DNA of 41,442 nt, from the NCBI GenBank assembly GCA_020631545.1, contig JAHDHB010000005.1, forward strand, positions 1 through 41,442. Reading direction: 5' to 3'. Position 1 is the stretch's first letter. Each line of letters starts with the position of its first letter. The notes under the pieces were generated by a model. The model was not told the origin of the DNA and made no database searches. It worked only from the letters and a program-made list of their open reading frames with translations. The stretch is from Saprospiraceae bacterium (GTDB lineage: Bacteria > Bacteroidota > Bacteroidia > Chitinophagales > Saprospiraceae). Positions 25,262-35,301 of this stretch are shown here, in pieces. The position numbers and the translations under genes were made by a program.

Positions 25262-26770
25262 ATGAAAATACTTTCTGCAAAGCAAATTAAACAAGCAGAT
25301 GCTTATACTATTACGCATGAACCTATTGCTTCAATTGATTTGATGGAGCGAGCCTCCTTGGCCTTTGTGAAATGGTTTGTTCAACATTATCCATCGGATA
25401 AACTAACTATACATGTTATTTGTGGGACAGGAAATAATGGAGGCGACGGGCTTGCTGTTGCTCGTTTGCTATCCGAAAAATTTTACAAAGTAAAAGTTTA
25501 TCCTTTCTTGTTTAGCGCAAATATGACCGATGATTTTAGCGCTAACTTTGAGCGGTTGAAATATAGAACAAATGTTCAAGTCTCGAATATTTTAGATGTA
25601 GATCAAGTACCCGTTTTTAATAAGGAAGATATTGTTATTGATGCTATTTTAGGTTCAGGACTCAACAGACCAGTCGATGGATTAGTGGCCGAAGTTATCG
25701 AAAACATCAATGCGCAGAAAGTAACGGTAGTTAGTATTGATATACCAAGCGGCACTTTTGCTGACCGCCATACCGCAGGTCTTTCTATTCATGCAGAGCG
25801 TACCTTAAGTTTTGAACTGCCAAAGTTCGCTTTTATGTTTCCTGAAAATGAGAAGGCAGTAGGGGAGTGGTCGATAGCTCCAATAGGCTTACATCCTCAA
25901 TACCTAAAGGAAACGAGCTCCCTTTTCCACTATATAGAAAAGAATTTTGTAGTTCAACTTTATCGTAAAAGGAAAAAATTTAGTCATAAAGGAACTTTTG
26001 GTCATGCCTTGCTAGCCGTAGGGGCTTTGGGAAAAATAGGAGCCGGCATTCTTGCTGCTCGTGCCTGTCTTCGTGCAGGTGTTGGCCTTCTGACCATTCA
26101 TGCACCCCATTCTGCCAATACTATTCTTCAAATAAGCGTACCTGAAGCCATGCTACGTTTAGATGCTAGTGAGAATCATATTTCACAGTTAACCAATGTT
26201 GAACCTTATGATGTGTTGGGTATTGGCTGTGGTATTGGTCAATCTCCCAATACCTCGGATGCACTCTATATCGCGCTTCGAAAATATCGGCGTCCGATGG
26301 TTCTAGATGCTGATGCTTTGAATCTTATAGCCAAGAATTCAAATTCCTTTCTGAGTATTCCTAGAAACAGCATCCTAACGCCTCATGTCAAAGAATTTGA
26401 ACGACTATTTGGTAAAACATCCAATGATTTTGAACGAAATGAACTGCAAGCAGAAAAATCGCAGGAACTAGGCGTTTATATCATTCTCAAAGGCGCTCAT
26501 ACCTGTATTTCCACGCCAGAAGGTAAATCCTTTTACAATTCAACAGGAAATCCTGGAATGGCTACAGCAGGTAGTGGAGACGTCTTAACAGGCATTTTAA
26601 CAGGTCTGTTAGCCCAGAGATACCCTTCTTTTGATGCAGCGATATTAGGTGTTTACTTACACGGTTTAGCAGGAGATTTAGCATCTGAAGAGCTAGGACA
26701 AGAAAGCTTGACGGCCTCTGACATTATCCAATATTTGGGGAAGGCTTTTTTGTCTTTGAAGAAGGAATGA
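25262..26770 (+). CDS. nnr: Bifunctional NAD(P)H-hydrate repair enzyme (epimerase + ADP-dependent dehydratase), YjeF family
   Basis: 502 aa. N-terminal YjeF_N motif CGTGNNGGDGLAVARLL. C-terminal carbohydrate-kinase motifs HKGTFGHALLAVG and GSGDVLTGILTGLLAQ. Confidence 0.9.
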   Translation: MKILSAKQIKQADAYTITHEPIASIDLMERASLAFVKWFVQHYPSDKLTIHVICGTGNNGGDGLAVARLLSEKFYKVKVYPFLFSANMTDDFSANFERLKYRTNVQVSNILDVDQVPVFNKEDIVIDAILGSGLNRPVDGLVAEVIENINAQKVTVVSIDIPSGTFADRHTAGLSIHAERTLSFELPKFAFMFPENEKAVGEWSIAPIGLHPQYLKETSSLFHYIEKNFVVQLYRKRKKFSHKGTFGHALLAVGALGKIGAGILAARACLRAGVGLLTIHAPHSANTILQISVPEAMLRLDASENHISQLTNVEPYDVLGIGCGIGQSPNTSDALYIALRKYRRPMVLDADALNLIAKNSNSFLSIPRNSILTPHVKEFERLFGKTSNDFERNELQAEKSQELGVYIILKGAHTCISTPEGKSFYNSTGNPGMATAGSGDVLTGILTGLLAQRYPSFDAAILGVYLHGLAGDLASEELGQESLTASDIIQYLGKAFLSLKKE

Positions 26771-26783
26771 AAAAATGGCCTTC

Positions 26784-27155
26784 TTATTCGTTTATCTTTT
26801 CTAGAAATTCAATTCGATTGCTAAATGGATCATAGAACGAAAAGCGTATAACCTTAGGGATTTGAATATCTTCCTTGATGCGTACGCCCTTACTTTTTAA
26901 ATATTGCTTAATACTTTTCAGTTCCTTTACTTCGAATGCAGGATGGCGCTTAGAGTTTCCTGTCATTTCCTCTACACCAATGTGCAGTTGGATATTCCCT
27001 ATCTCATACCATAAACCACCATTTGGTTTTAGCTCGTCAGGTTTCTCAATTTCTTTTAATCCTAGTATATGAGTATAAAAAGCTCTTGCTTCATCCTCAG
27101 CACCAATAGGAATACAAATTTGAACGTGATCAAGTTTTACTATTTTAATATTCAT
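26784..27155 (-). CDS. VOC-family (glyoxalase/bleomycin-resistance/dioxygenase fold) protein
   Basis: 123 aa. LDHVQICIPIGAEDEARAFYTHILGLKEIEKP and HPAFEV...RIEF follow the pattern typical of small VOC proteins. Confidence 0.8.
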   Translation of the reverse strand: MNIKIVKLDHVQICIPIGAEDEARAFYTHILGLKEIEKPDELKPNGGLWYEIGNIQLHIGVEEMTGNSKRHPAFEVKELKSIKQYLKSKGVRIKEDIQIPKVIRFSFYDPFSNRIEFLEKINE

Positions 27156-27216
27156 TAGGATTAGTTTAGCTTCATAATGAAATGGAACTTAAGCCTACTC
27201 CTAGAAGTATAAACAT

Positions 27217-27251
27217 CATACTTCTTAAATCTTACATCTTACATCGTATTT
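27217..27251. repeat. Heptad tandem repeat (catactt cttaaat CTTACAT CTTACAT cgtattt)
   Basis: Read directly from the sequence. CTTACAT is the reverse complement of the ATGTAAG unit at 2768-2774. Confidence 0.5.
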
Positions 27252-27304
27252 TGAAGTAGAGTCTTTTCGGAGTGGCCTCTAACTCAAGATAGTTATTTTT
27301 TTGG

Positions 27305-27338
27305 AAAAAAAAAGGAAAGTCTGCCAAGCAAACTTTCC
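27305..27338 (-). terminator. Rho-independent terminator of the TlpA-like gene
   Basis: A 7-bp stem pairs ggaaagt (27314-27320) with actttcc (27332-27338). On the minus strand it is followed by nine T (the plus-strand A-run at 27305-27313). Confidence 0.7.
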
Positions 27339-27366
27339 CAACTATTTTTGAAGAAATTTAATTTTT

Positions 27367-28767
27367 CTACCTCAATTTTCTGCCACTGAGCAATTCTCGA
27401 ATATCTTCTGCTATACCACCTTGACTAGGTTTATTCTCAGGATTTCTAACAATAGTACCATCTCTATCAATAAGAATGTAATGAGGTACGCTTTTGATAC
27501 CATAATCAAGCGCCACATCCGTTTCATAAATTCCATTAGCAAAAAGATGCTTACCGGTCAATCCTTCCATTCGAACATAGTTTTGCCAAGATTCTCTACT
27601 GTTTTCTAGTGCAACATAAATAAACTCAACATCCCCAGGGTTAAATTGGCTTAGGAGTGACTTGCTGTAATACATTTCGTGCAAACAAGGATTGCACCAA
27701 GTAGCCCAAAAGCTAAGAAGGATAATTTTGCCTCTATAATCGCTCAATCGAGCATAATTTCCATTGATATCTACTAATTCAAAATCAGGTGCTTTTTTAC
27801 CAGGGGAAAGGGCTTCTGCTTTAAGAAAAGCATCACTTAGTATCCGAGCATATTCATTATAGGTGGTGTTGGCTATAAAAGATTTTGCGTCAGCCAATGT
27901 CTCACTAGAAGGTTCATATTTCAATCGTTTATTTAAATCACAAGCCTTAATATATGCTAAGGTCTTACCGTTGAAATAAGCAGACGCATTATTATATTTG
28001 TAATTAAGACGGTCTCCAGCTCTATTTCTTTTTTCTTTTTGATAATTAAGAAAGTCATCTAAAAAATAGGTATAGTACACATTATTTAAAGCTCGTTCAT
28101 TATTTAGGTTGATTTCATACAAAAAGGAATAATAACTATCAGAAAGTCGAAGGGGTTGATCACTTCCATTTGAAGAATGCTCCCAACGATATTGTAACAA
28201 CTGATAGGCTCTCCAATAAATAATGTCTGCCTTGATAAAAGCTTCAAAATCAGACTCAAAGTAGTAGGTTTCCCGATTTCTGCTATAAAAGTTTAATTTG
28301 TCATTATAAAATCCATCTATTAAGGCCTTAAATTCTTTAGAACTTAACTGACTGATTTGTTGACGAATACTACTTGTAACGTTTCTACCAAATTGATTTT
28401 TATATTTTATCAAAAAATTGTTATGATCTGCTCCTTGCCCAATAAATTGAATATCAGATTTATTGTATAGAGCATCTACAGTAAGGTAGAGATCGTCCCC
28501 GGGTTTTAGATATAAGGTATAACTCTCTGAACCAAAGTGGAATTTACAGACTAAGGGTTCGTCTATGTCAAGGTTTGCAGTAAATTCGCCCAATACATCC
28601 AAACGTATAGGCAAGACAACCTGTTTGAAGGTCACCATATTCTCATAATAGCTAAGCTCTACGGTTTGAGATTGCGTATTGGAAATGACACCTGAGAGTC
28701 GAGTGGGCGTCGCAGATACCGATACCACGAAAAAAAGACTAGCTAGGAGTAAGGAAAATAATCTCAT
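27367..28767 (-). CDS. TlpA-like thiol:disulfide oxidoreductase (thioredoxin fold) with a long N-terminal domain, exported
   Basis: 466 aa with a signal peptide (LLLASLFFVVSVSA). The C-terminal thioredoxin domain has GKIILLSFWATWCNPCLHEM (CxxC) and VPHYILIDRDGTIV. Confidence 0.8.
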   Translation of the reverse strand: MRLFSLLLASLFFVVSVSATPTRLSGVISNTQSQTVELSYYENMVTFKQVVLPIRLDVLGEFTANLDIDEPLVCKFHFGSESYTLYLKPGDDLYLTVDALYNKSDIQFIGQGADHNNFLIKYKNQFGRNVTSSIRQQISQLSSKEFKALIDGFYNDKLNFYSRNRETYYFESDFEAFIKADIIYWRAYQLLQYRWEHSSNGSDQPLRLSDSYYSFLYEINLNNERALNNVYYTYFLDDFLNYQKEKRNRAGDRLNYKYNNASAYFNGKTLAYIKACDLNKRLKYEPSSETLADAKSFIANTTYNEYARILSDAFLKAEALSPGKKAPDFELVDINGNYARLSDYRGKIILLSFWATWCNPCLHEMYYSKSLLSQFNPGDVEFIYVALENSRESWQNYVRMEGLTGKHLFANGIYETDVALDYGIKSVPHYILIDRDGTIVRNPENKPSQGGIAEDIRELLSGRKLR

Positions 28768-29506
28768 GGAAGTAAGTAATGTTTGGGTTATTGGGATAAC
28801 AAAAATAACGAATTTTGCTTAAAATTTTACGGTTTTTTGGATAATTGTGTAGATTAAAGGTTCTTCATCTGCCCTACTAATTGATAGCCAAAGCGATTGA
28901 ATATGCTCTATCTCCAAAATCAAAATTTGGTCTTGATAAAACTTAATAAAGCCCCTATGGAGGTAATGCTCTAGTATAGTTTCTCTTAAAGAAGATATTG
29001 TCTGTGTAGAAAATAAATGGCAGAAAAGAATTGTTCTCAATATTTTATTTCGACAATGGTTTGTTATTCTAAATTCTATTTTACAGAACTAGTGCTTTCT
29101 TTTTCAGAGTGCTTTGCTTTCAAAAAGTACGAGTAGGTTTGTCCTTGCGGTGTTAATCACATTTGGCTATGTACCATAAATCGTACCTGTTTTTTAGGAT
29201 TTGATTTGCTAGAGCTCAAAATGGATCTTAAAAATAGGTATAACCTGATTGATAAAAATAAAATAAATCTTAGGTAGGAATAATTTAGAGCAGATGCTAT
29301 TTATTTCATTTTTCTATTTGTGCGCAATTAGTTTTGATGAATTTCCACTATTGTATGGGGAATTTAATTGATTTCGCCTGCAAGTGAGTTATTTTTGAGT
29401 GATTTATAAATAAAGTTTGTGCTTATTTAAAGATAAAAGATCACGAACTGTTGTCGTTTTATTGCAAAATGATAGAAGCTAAAGCCTCTTGAGTAACTTG
29501 AATATC

Positions 29507-30508
29507 TCACATGGCATATCGAGCCATTGGAGTGATCTCCTGCCCAACAAATTCACCTTTTAAGAACTTATGATAACCTGTTATTGCAATCATCGCTGCA
29601 TTATCTGTACAGTATTGAAATTGTGGGATATAAGTGTTCCATCCATGGCGTTCCCCATCACTCTTCAAAGCATTTCTTAGGGCAGAATTGGCAGAAACAC
29701 CGCCAGCAATTGCAATTTCTTTAATACCCGTTTGATCGCTGGCTTTTTTTAATTTACCCATTAAAATGGACACAATACGATTTTGGACTGAGGCGCAGAT
29801 GTCATTCAAATTATCTTCAATGAAGTTAGGGTCTTGTTTAAGCTGTTTTTTTAGGAAATATAAAATGGATGTTTTTAAACCGCTAAAACTAAAATCTAAT
29901 TCTTTAATTTTGGGTTCTGGAAAGTCGTATTTAGGCGTTCCTAAGCGAGCAAGTCTATCTATTATTGGTCCAGCGGGATACTCTAGACCTAGGAGTTTAC
30001 CTGTTTTATCAAATGCTTCGCCCGCTGCGTCGTCTATCGTTTGCCCTAAGACTTCCATCTCTAAATAGTCCTTTATCAATACAATCTGTGTATGACCGCC
30101 AGAAACCGTCAAGCATAAAAATGGGAAGGACGGTTTTGGCTCATCTATGAAATGAGCCAAAACATGCGCCTGCATATGGTTTACCTCAACCATAGGAATC
30201 TTTAAACTAAGTGCCAAGGCTTTAGCAAAGGATACACCAACAAGTAGAGAGCCTAAAAGACCTGGACCTCTAGTAAAAGCGATAGCACTGAGATCCTTTC
30301 TACTAAGGCCTGCTTGTTGGATGGCAGTATCTACTACAGGGACAATATTTACCTGATGAGCCCTAGAAGCGACCTCGGGTACTACTCCGCCATATTTTTT
30401 ATGCATATCCTGCGTAGCGACGCAGTTGGAAAGTATTTTACCATCGACTAAAATCGATGCCGAGGTATCATCACAAGAAGACTCTATAGCTAAAATAACT
30501 ACACTCAT
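29507..30508 (-). CDS. tsaD: tRNA N6-adenosine threonylcarbamoyltransferase
   Basis: 333 aa. ILAIESSCDDTSASI, VNHMQAHVLA, LTVSGGHTQ and IAGGVSANSALR are Kae1/TsaD motifs. Confidence 0.92.
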   Translation of the reverse strand: MSVVILAIESSCDDTSASILVDGKILSNCVATQDMHKKYGGVVPEVASRAHQVNIVPVVDTAIQQAGLSRKDLSAIAFTRGPGLLGSLLVGVSFAKALALSLKIPMVEVNHMQAHVLAHFIDEPKPSFPFLCLTVSGGHTQIVLIKDYLEMEVLGQTIDDAAGEAFDKTGKLLGLEYPAGPIIDRLARLGTPKYDFPEPKIKELDFSFSGLKTSILYFLKKQLKQDPNFIEDNLNDICASVQNRIVSILMGKLKKASDQTGIKEIAIAGGVSANSALRNALKSDGERHGWNTYIPQFQYCTDNAAMIAITGYHKFLKGEFVGQEITPMARYAM

Positions 30509-30587
30509 GAATTAAAAATTATGAATTAGGTGTTTAGAAAAACATTTCAAGGAAATATCTCTCTCAGATGGAATAGGGAACGTTATT

Positions 30588-31658
30588 TTAATCCACAAAA
30601 ACAAAATCAGTTGGGCCTATGCCTACTTGAAAATCGCCTAGTAGTGTACCATCCAATTGATATCGATAAACAACACCTGAACCCGTAAAGCCAAGGTCAT
30701 CAGCAACATACAATGTCCCATCAGCAGGGTTTATGCCCAATCCATAGGGAGAAGTAAAATTGCTGCTCTCAATAGTTGGTGTGTTTGACAAGCCTACCGT
30801 ATTGATTGCTTTTTCCATGACTTGGCCACTTTCTAAATAAAAAAGCTTATTTCCAGCAGGATTTATGCTAAGATTGGAAGGTATTCTATTAATCGTAGGA
30901 AATGTATTTACCTCCAAAATGGTTGTAGTAGAAGGATCTAGTCGAATTATACTTGCAGCCATACTTTCAGTCTCATTTACTGTCCAATCTGGATTATAGA
31001 CTGTTTTGCCACCGCACAATACCCATATTTTACCCTCTTCATCTAGCACCATTTGTGATGGCCCAGGAGGGGTAGCAATAACCTCTTCGATGACGTCTTC
31101 TGCTGTATTTATGACCACGATTGTCGCATCATTTTTATTTGGAATGTAAGCTTTTCCTCCAAGGAGGAACATCTTTTCTGGTCGATTCATTGAGGTTGTA
31201 ATCGATGCCGTTTTTTCCATTCGATCTAAATCAATGACGCTGACCTCCGAACTTCCATAATAATCCCAGCTACTTACATAAGCTTTGCTATTGTTGATAC
31301 CCAAGAAATAACGAGGATTGGGTACGTCATTTATGGTACCTAAACTTTCCATAGTTTGAGGATCAACGACTTCAACTTTGCCTGAAACATTTACGCAAAT
31401 ATACCCGCGATTATTATGGAGCGACATAGATTGAACAACATCCCCTAGCAAAAAATTATTGGTACGGCTGAAAATGTCATTGCTTACAGAATCTCCATTT
31501 GAATAATGAAAACTCACAGAACCATTGTCAGAGCCATAATTTCCTTCATTAATGACAAAAACACCATTGGAATAAAGTCCTTCTTCTGGCGTTTTATCTT
31601 TTTTACATCCAGATAAAACGACTATAGAAACTAAAATAATAATCCAAAATCTACTCAT
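30588..31658 (-). CDS. YncE-like / DUF5074-like beta-propeller lipoprotein
   Basis: The ORF is open from 31721. The internal Met at 31658 gives the lipoprotein leader MSRFWIIILVSIVVLSGC. GVFVINEGNYGSDNGSVSF and repeated blade-like segments are typical of this Bacteroidota surface-lipoprotein family (assignment from memory). Confidence 0.65.
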   Translation of the reverse strand: MSRFWIIILVSIVVLSGCKKDKTPEEGLYSNGVFVINEGNYGSDNGSVSFHYSNGDSVSNDIFSRTNNFLLGDVVQSMSLHNNRGYICVNVSGKVEVVDPQTMESLGTINDVPNPRYFLGINNSKAYVSSWDYYGSSEVSVIDLDRMEKTASITTSMNRPEKMFLLGGKAYIPNKNDATIVVINTAEDVIEEVIATPPGPSQMVLDEEGKIWVLCGGKTVYNPDWTVNETESMAASIIRLDPSTTTILEVNTFPTINRIPSNLSINPAGNKLFYLESGQVMEKAINTVGLSNTPTIESSNFTSPYGLGINPADGTLYVADDLGFTGSGVVYRYQLDGTLLGDFQVGIGPTDFVFVD

Positions 31659-31731
31659 AATCAGGTTGATCAGTTTTAATGTGAATGATGAACTAAAGTC
31701 ATAATAGCGATAATTCATCATTGCCTACTTG

Positions 31732-33330
31732 TCATTTATTTATAAATACGTTAAATTGCTTCTTCATAGGGTTAAGTGCTTGCTTGAGTTCTTCGATAAA
31801 CGATTCACCATGCTTCGTATATAACGCTAGAAAATTGTCTTTTCGTTCCTGTAAACCGCTATCAGGGAAAAGTTTGGATTTGAGGCCACGTATTTGCTGA
31901 ATAGCAACGTCAAATTTACGCTTTTCTGCTCGAAGTAGCTTATTTTCTAATTGTTCTAATCCTTTCAGCGCCTTAGTCTTTTCGGCTAGAACCGATTTTT
32001 GTAAAGCAACATCTATCTTTAAGGCTTTCTCCAGTGCTTGTTGATAGATTTGCTCTATGACTTTTTTCTCTTCTGCTAAATTAACTTTAGCACTTGAATT
32101 TGCTTGCACAAAACGTTTAGCTAAAGCTTCTTCTTCCATAAACAATTCCTTGATGGTCAAGCCTAATTTGTCAATTTTCTTTTGAGAACTTTTATCAATC
32201 CAAAGTACAGAATCACGGCGAATCAACATGGGGAAATTTATGCCAAAATGCTCAAATTGAGCTAGTCGTTCCATCCAATAGGCAAGTTCACCTCCTCCTC
32301 CTATATAAGCAAGATTTGGCAAAAAAGTTTCTTGATACAAGGGGCGCATGATAACATTCGGACTAAAGCGTTCTGGGTGATTTTGAAGCTCCAACAAAAT
32401 TTCATCTCGGCTAAAAATGAGCTGAGTATTCAAAACCTTGTACACTTCATCCTCAAGAATGATACGTTCGCGAAAACCATTACCAAGATAGAACAAGTTA
32501 ATCGCTCGTGGTGTTGCCTGTCCCTTGAAACCTTCTTGCTTTAAAGCTGCAATGGAATTTAAAACAAGCTGTTCTGACGATTGTTCAACAAGTTCACGCT
32601 GCATAATAGGAATGAACAAGCGCTTTAAGGCCGGAACACTTCCAATGACGACAACTAGGCCGTATTTTGCAAATAATTCATTGACTAAAAAGAATGTCGC
32701 ATCATCATAATTGTCGTGTTTACTATAAGCCTTATTTATAAGTTCATAGACTGCTTTAGCGTTTTCAGATTCTCCTAGAATAGCTTGCAATTCTGGAAGA
32801 ATAGGATGAATTCCTTTGGTCGTCATTTTCCCTACAGAGCCACCTTCCTCATTTTCCCATGTAAACCGTTTTCCAAATAAATGAAAGTGATTAATCTCCT
32901 CAAAATCATGGTCTTCACTGCCTTGTATATAGACTGGAACGAAGTTTTTGTTTGGGTAAGCAGAGCGGAGATTTTCTGCAAGATTAATAGTGCTAATTAT
33001 TTTATAAATAAAGTAAAGCGGACCAGTCGCCAGACTAGGCTGGTGAGCCGTCGTTACGGTAAAGGTATTTTTATCTAGTAAAGATGTGATATTTGCTTGA
33101 ACAGCAGCGGTTTTAGCTATATTGATGTATTGCTGCCGAAGGGCTTCCACTAAGGTTTTTCGGTCAGTTTTCTCTCGGCTTTTATCTTCTATCACTTGCT
33201 TAAAGCTAGATAGATTGACCTCATACTTATAAAAAGCGCTCAATCTTTTATCTCCCCTCGCATAAGCTTTATCTCTAGCGGAAAGAGCAGGAATGTTTTC
33301 AAAGTCAATTAATGAATGTTGCATAAACAA
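31732..33330 (-). CDS. bshC: Bacillithiol biosynthesis cysteine-adding enzyme BshC
   Basis: 532 aa, the characteristic size. Supporting features are QPSLATGPLYFIYKIIS, the GSEDHDFEEINH motif, YIGGGGELAYW and a C-terminal coiled-coil region. Confidence 0.72.
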   Translation of the reverse strand: MFMQHSLIDFENIPALSARDKAYARGDKRLSAFYKYEVNLSSFKQVIEDKSREKTDRKTLVEALRQQYINIAKTAAVQANITSLLDKNTFTVTTAHQPSLATGPLYFIYKIISTINLAENLRSAYPNKNFVPVYIQGSEDHDFEEINHFHLFGKRFTWENEEGGSVGKMTTKGIHPILPELQAILGESENAKAVYELINKAYSKHDNYDDATFFLVNELFAKYGLVVVIGSVPALKRLFIPIMQRELVEQSSEQLVLNSIAALKQEGFKGQATPRAINLFYLGNGFRERIILEDEVYKVLNTQLIFSRDEILLELQNHPERFSPNVIMRPLYQETFLPNLAYIGGGGELAYWMERLAQFEHFGINFPMLIRRDSVLWIDKSSQKKIDKLGLTIKELFMEEEALAKRFVQANSSAKVNLAEEKKVIEQIYQQALEKALKIDVALQKSVLAEKTKALKGLEQLENKLLRAEKRKFDVAIQQIRGLKSKLFPDSGLQERKDNFLALYTKHGESFIEELKQALNPMKKQFNVFINK

Positions 33331-33535
33331 ATGATTTACGGCGCGAAAATACTATAAGCATGTTGAAAATCCATCTTTTGAGTTAAAAAAGCGATTATTT
33401 AATGACAAAATCTATTAGAAATGTGAAATTGCTGACACTTTGTAATGATTTGCTTGTGTTTTTTTTACAAGCAATATGTAGATAAATTCGTATCTTGTAA
33501 AAGTTAAATTTAATGTTTACCATATGTTTTTGGAC

Positions 33536-34231
33536 ATGAAGTACCTGTTTTCTTTATTTATTTTAGCTTGTTCTACAAATATGTTAGCTCAGAACACCTT
33601 ATCCTTGGTAACGACAACGGGAGAAGCCATCGTTTATGCTGCTCCAGATGAAATTTTATTAAGTTTCTCCATTACTAATGAAGCTCCTGCTCTAAAGGAA
33701 GCAAAGACGAAAAACAATGAATTTGCAAAAAAAATTATTGCTTATTTAAAAAGCGCGGGAATTGCTCCACAGCATATTCAAACACAATACATGTCCGTGA
33801 GTCCATATCGGGATTACAAGAATAAAAATCAGATATTGTATTATACTGCTTCTCAAAGTATTGATATTTGCATCAAAGATTTGACAAAATACGAACAGAT
33901 ATCGGATAAATTATTGGAATTAGAAGTGACAAGCATAGGGAGTCCTGTATTTAGAAATACTGAAATGCGAAAATATAAAGATGATGCGCGGAAAAAAGCT
34001 ATAATTGCTGCTAGGGAAAAGGCACAATTACTTGCTAAAGAACTTGGCCAAGATATAGGAAAAGCACATACTATACGAGAGGTAAGCGGAGGGTATTTTG
34101 GACGAGGGCAAAGTGGCTATGCCAATATGATTGGAAACGATGCTCCTTCTGCTGGAGGAGAAGGACAAAGTTTTGCTCCGGGGCAATTAGAAGTGAAAGC
34201 GATAATCGAAGTTAGTTTTTTATTGAACTAA
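33536..34231 (+). CDS. SIMPL (DUF541) domain periplasmic protein
   Basis: Leader MKYLFSLFILACSTNMLAQ; the ORF is open from 33524. GEAIVYAAPDEILLSFSI and the C-terminal FAPGQLEVKAIIEVSF fit the SIMPL family pattern. Confidence 0.8.
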   Translation: MKYLFSLFILACSTNMLAQNTLSLVTTTGEAIVYAAPDEILLSFSITNEAPALKEAKTKNNEFAKKIIAYLKSAGIAPQHIQTQYMSVSPYRDYKNKNQILYYTASQSIDICIKDLTKYEQISDKLLELEVTSIGSPVFRNTEMRKYKDDARKKAIIAAREKAQLLAKELGQDIGKAHTIREVSGGYFGRGQSGYANMIGNDAPSAGGEGQSFAPGQLEVKAIIEVSFLLN

Positions 34232-34541
34232 AATAACGTTATTACAAGGAAGACTAATAATTTAACTAGTTTCCCAGCAATTCTCGGTTTGCAAAAGCAA
34301 TAGGGTGTTCGCAAGAGAAGGCGGTAGCCTTCGAGGTTCTATAACAATGGGATTCAAGCCTTTGGTTCGTAAAATAAGCCAATAAATTTTGCCCAAAATA
34401 GGCAAGAGAGCACTCATTAGATACTAAAAACATGTTTTTTATGTCAAATCGAGAATTATTGCTAGTTTCCACAATAGAGTGCGCTTAGGAGTAAAAGTAG
34501 GTGCAACACCGCCATGCTTAATCACACACACTCTCTCTCAT

Positions 34542-35102
34542 TTAGTTATTTACATGGTAATCCGGTACTTGAGCAATTACGGAATAAGTATTTCCTTTGT
34601 CTTGTAAGACATTAGACCATAAATTTTCTTTTTTTGGATTGAAAATATAATTGGTATCAGACTCACTTAATATCCAAGACCCAGATTTCAATTCTTGCTT
34701 CAATTGGCCAGCAGACCACCCCGCATACCCGACAAAGAAACGAATATTGGATGGCTTGATCATTTCTGCATCAATTAAGAATTTTAATCGATTAAAATCT
34801 CCACCCCAAAAAACTCCTTTGCTTACTTTTTGGCTATCTTCTAGTAAATCTCCGACATTATGGATAAAATGAATGGTATCCGTAGAAACGGGACCACCAT
34901 AAAAAACCTCTGATTCAAAGTCTGGAAAATCCTCTAACAGTTCATTGATGTTCATCCTCACTGATTTATTGAGGATAAAGCCGAAGGTACCATCAGGGTG
35001 GTGGTCGCATAATAGAACGACCGAGCGTTTAAAATATGGATCAGACATGAATGGTTGGGCAACTAAAAATGAACCCGCCCCTAAATTTTCATTTCGCTTC
35101 AC
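34542..35102 (-). CDS. YqgE/AlgH-family protein (UPF0301)
   Basis: 186 aa. GSFLVAQPFMSDPYFKRSVVLLCDHHPDGTFGFILNK and FVGYAGWSAGQLKQEL are family signatures. Confidence 0.85.
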   Translation of the reverse strand: MKRNENLGAGSFLVAQPFMSDPYFKRSVVLLCDHHPDGTFGFILNKSVRMNINELLEDFPDFESEVFYGGPVSTDTIHFIHNVGDLLEDSQKVSKGVFWGGDFNRLKFLIDAEMIKPSNIRFFVGYAGWSAGQLKQELKSGSWILSESDTNYIFNPKKENLWSNVLQDKGNTYSVIAQVPDYHVNN

Positions 35103-35301
35103 GTATGTTAGTTTTCTTCGTTAAATCTAAAAGAGTACAGTGTTCTTCTACGTTCAATATACAGGTTTTGGCTAAAAGAAACCGACTTTTTTCTACTTAC
35201 CAGTTCGGATATTTTTAAGGGGAAGCTAAATACTCCATAAAAACAGGTTGCTAAATTGCGAGATAACAACCCCTTAAAGAAGGTAGGAACTGCAAATTAT
35301 T

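Noticed and set aside
28819-29040. 73-aa ORF downstream of the TlpA-like gene region
   Set aside because: There is no domain signature and it sits isolated in a long spacer. I treat the region as non-coding pending evidence (see the finding on 28768-29506).
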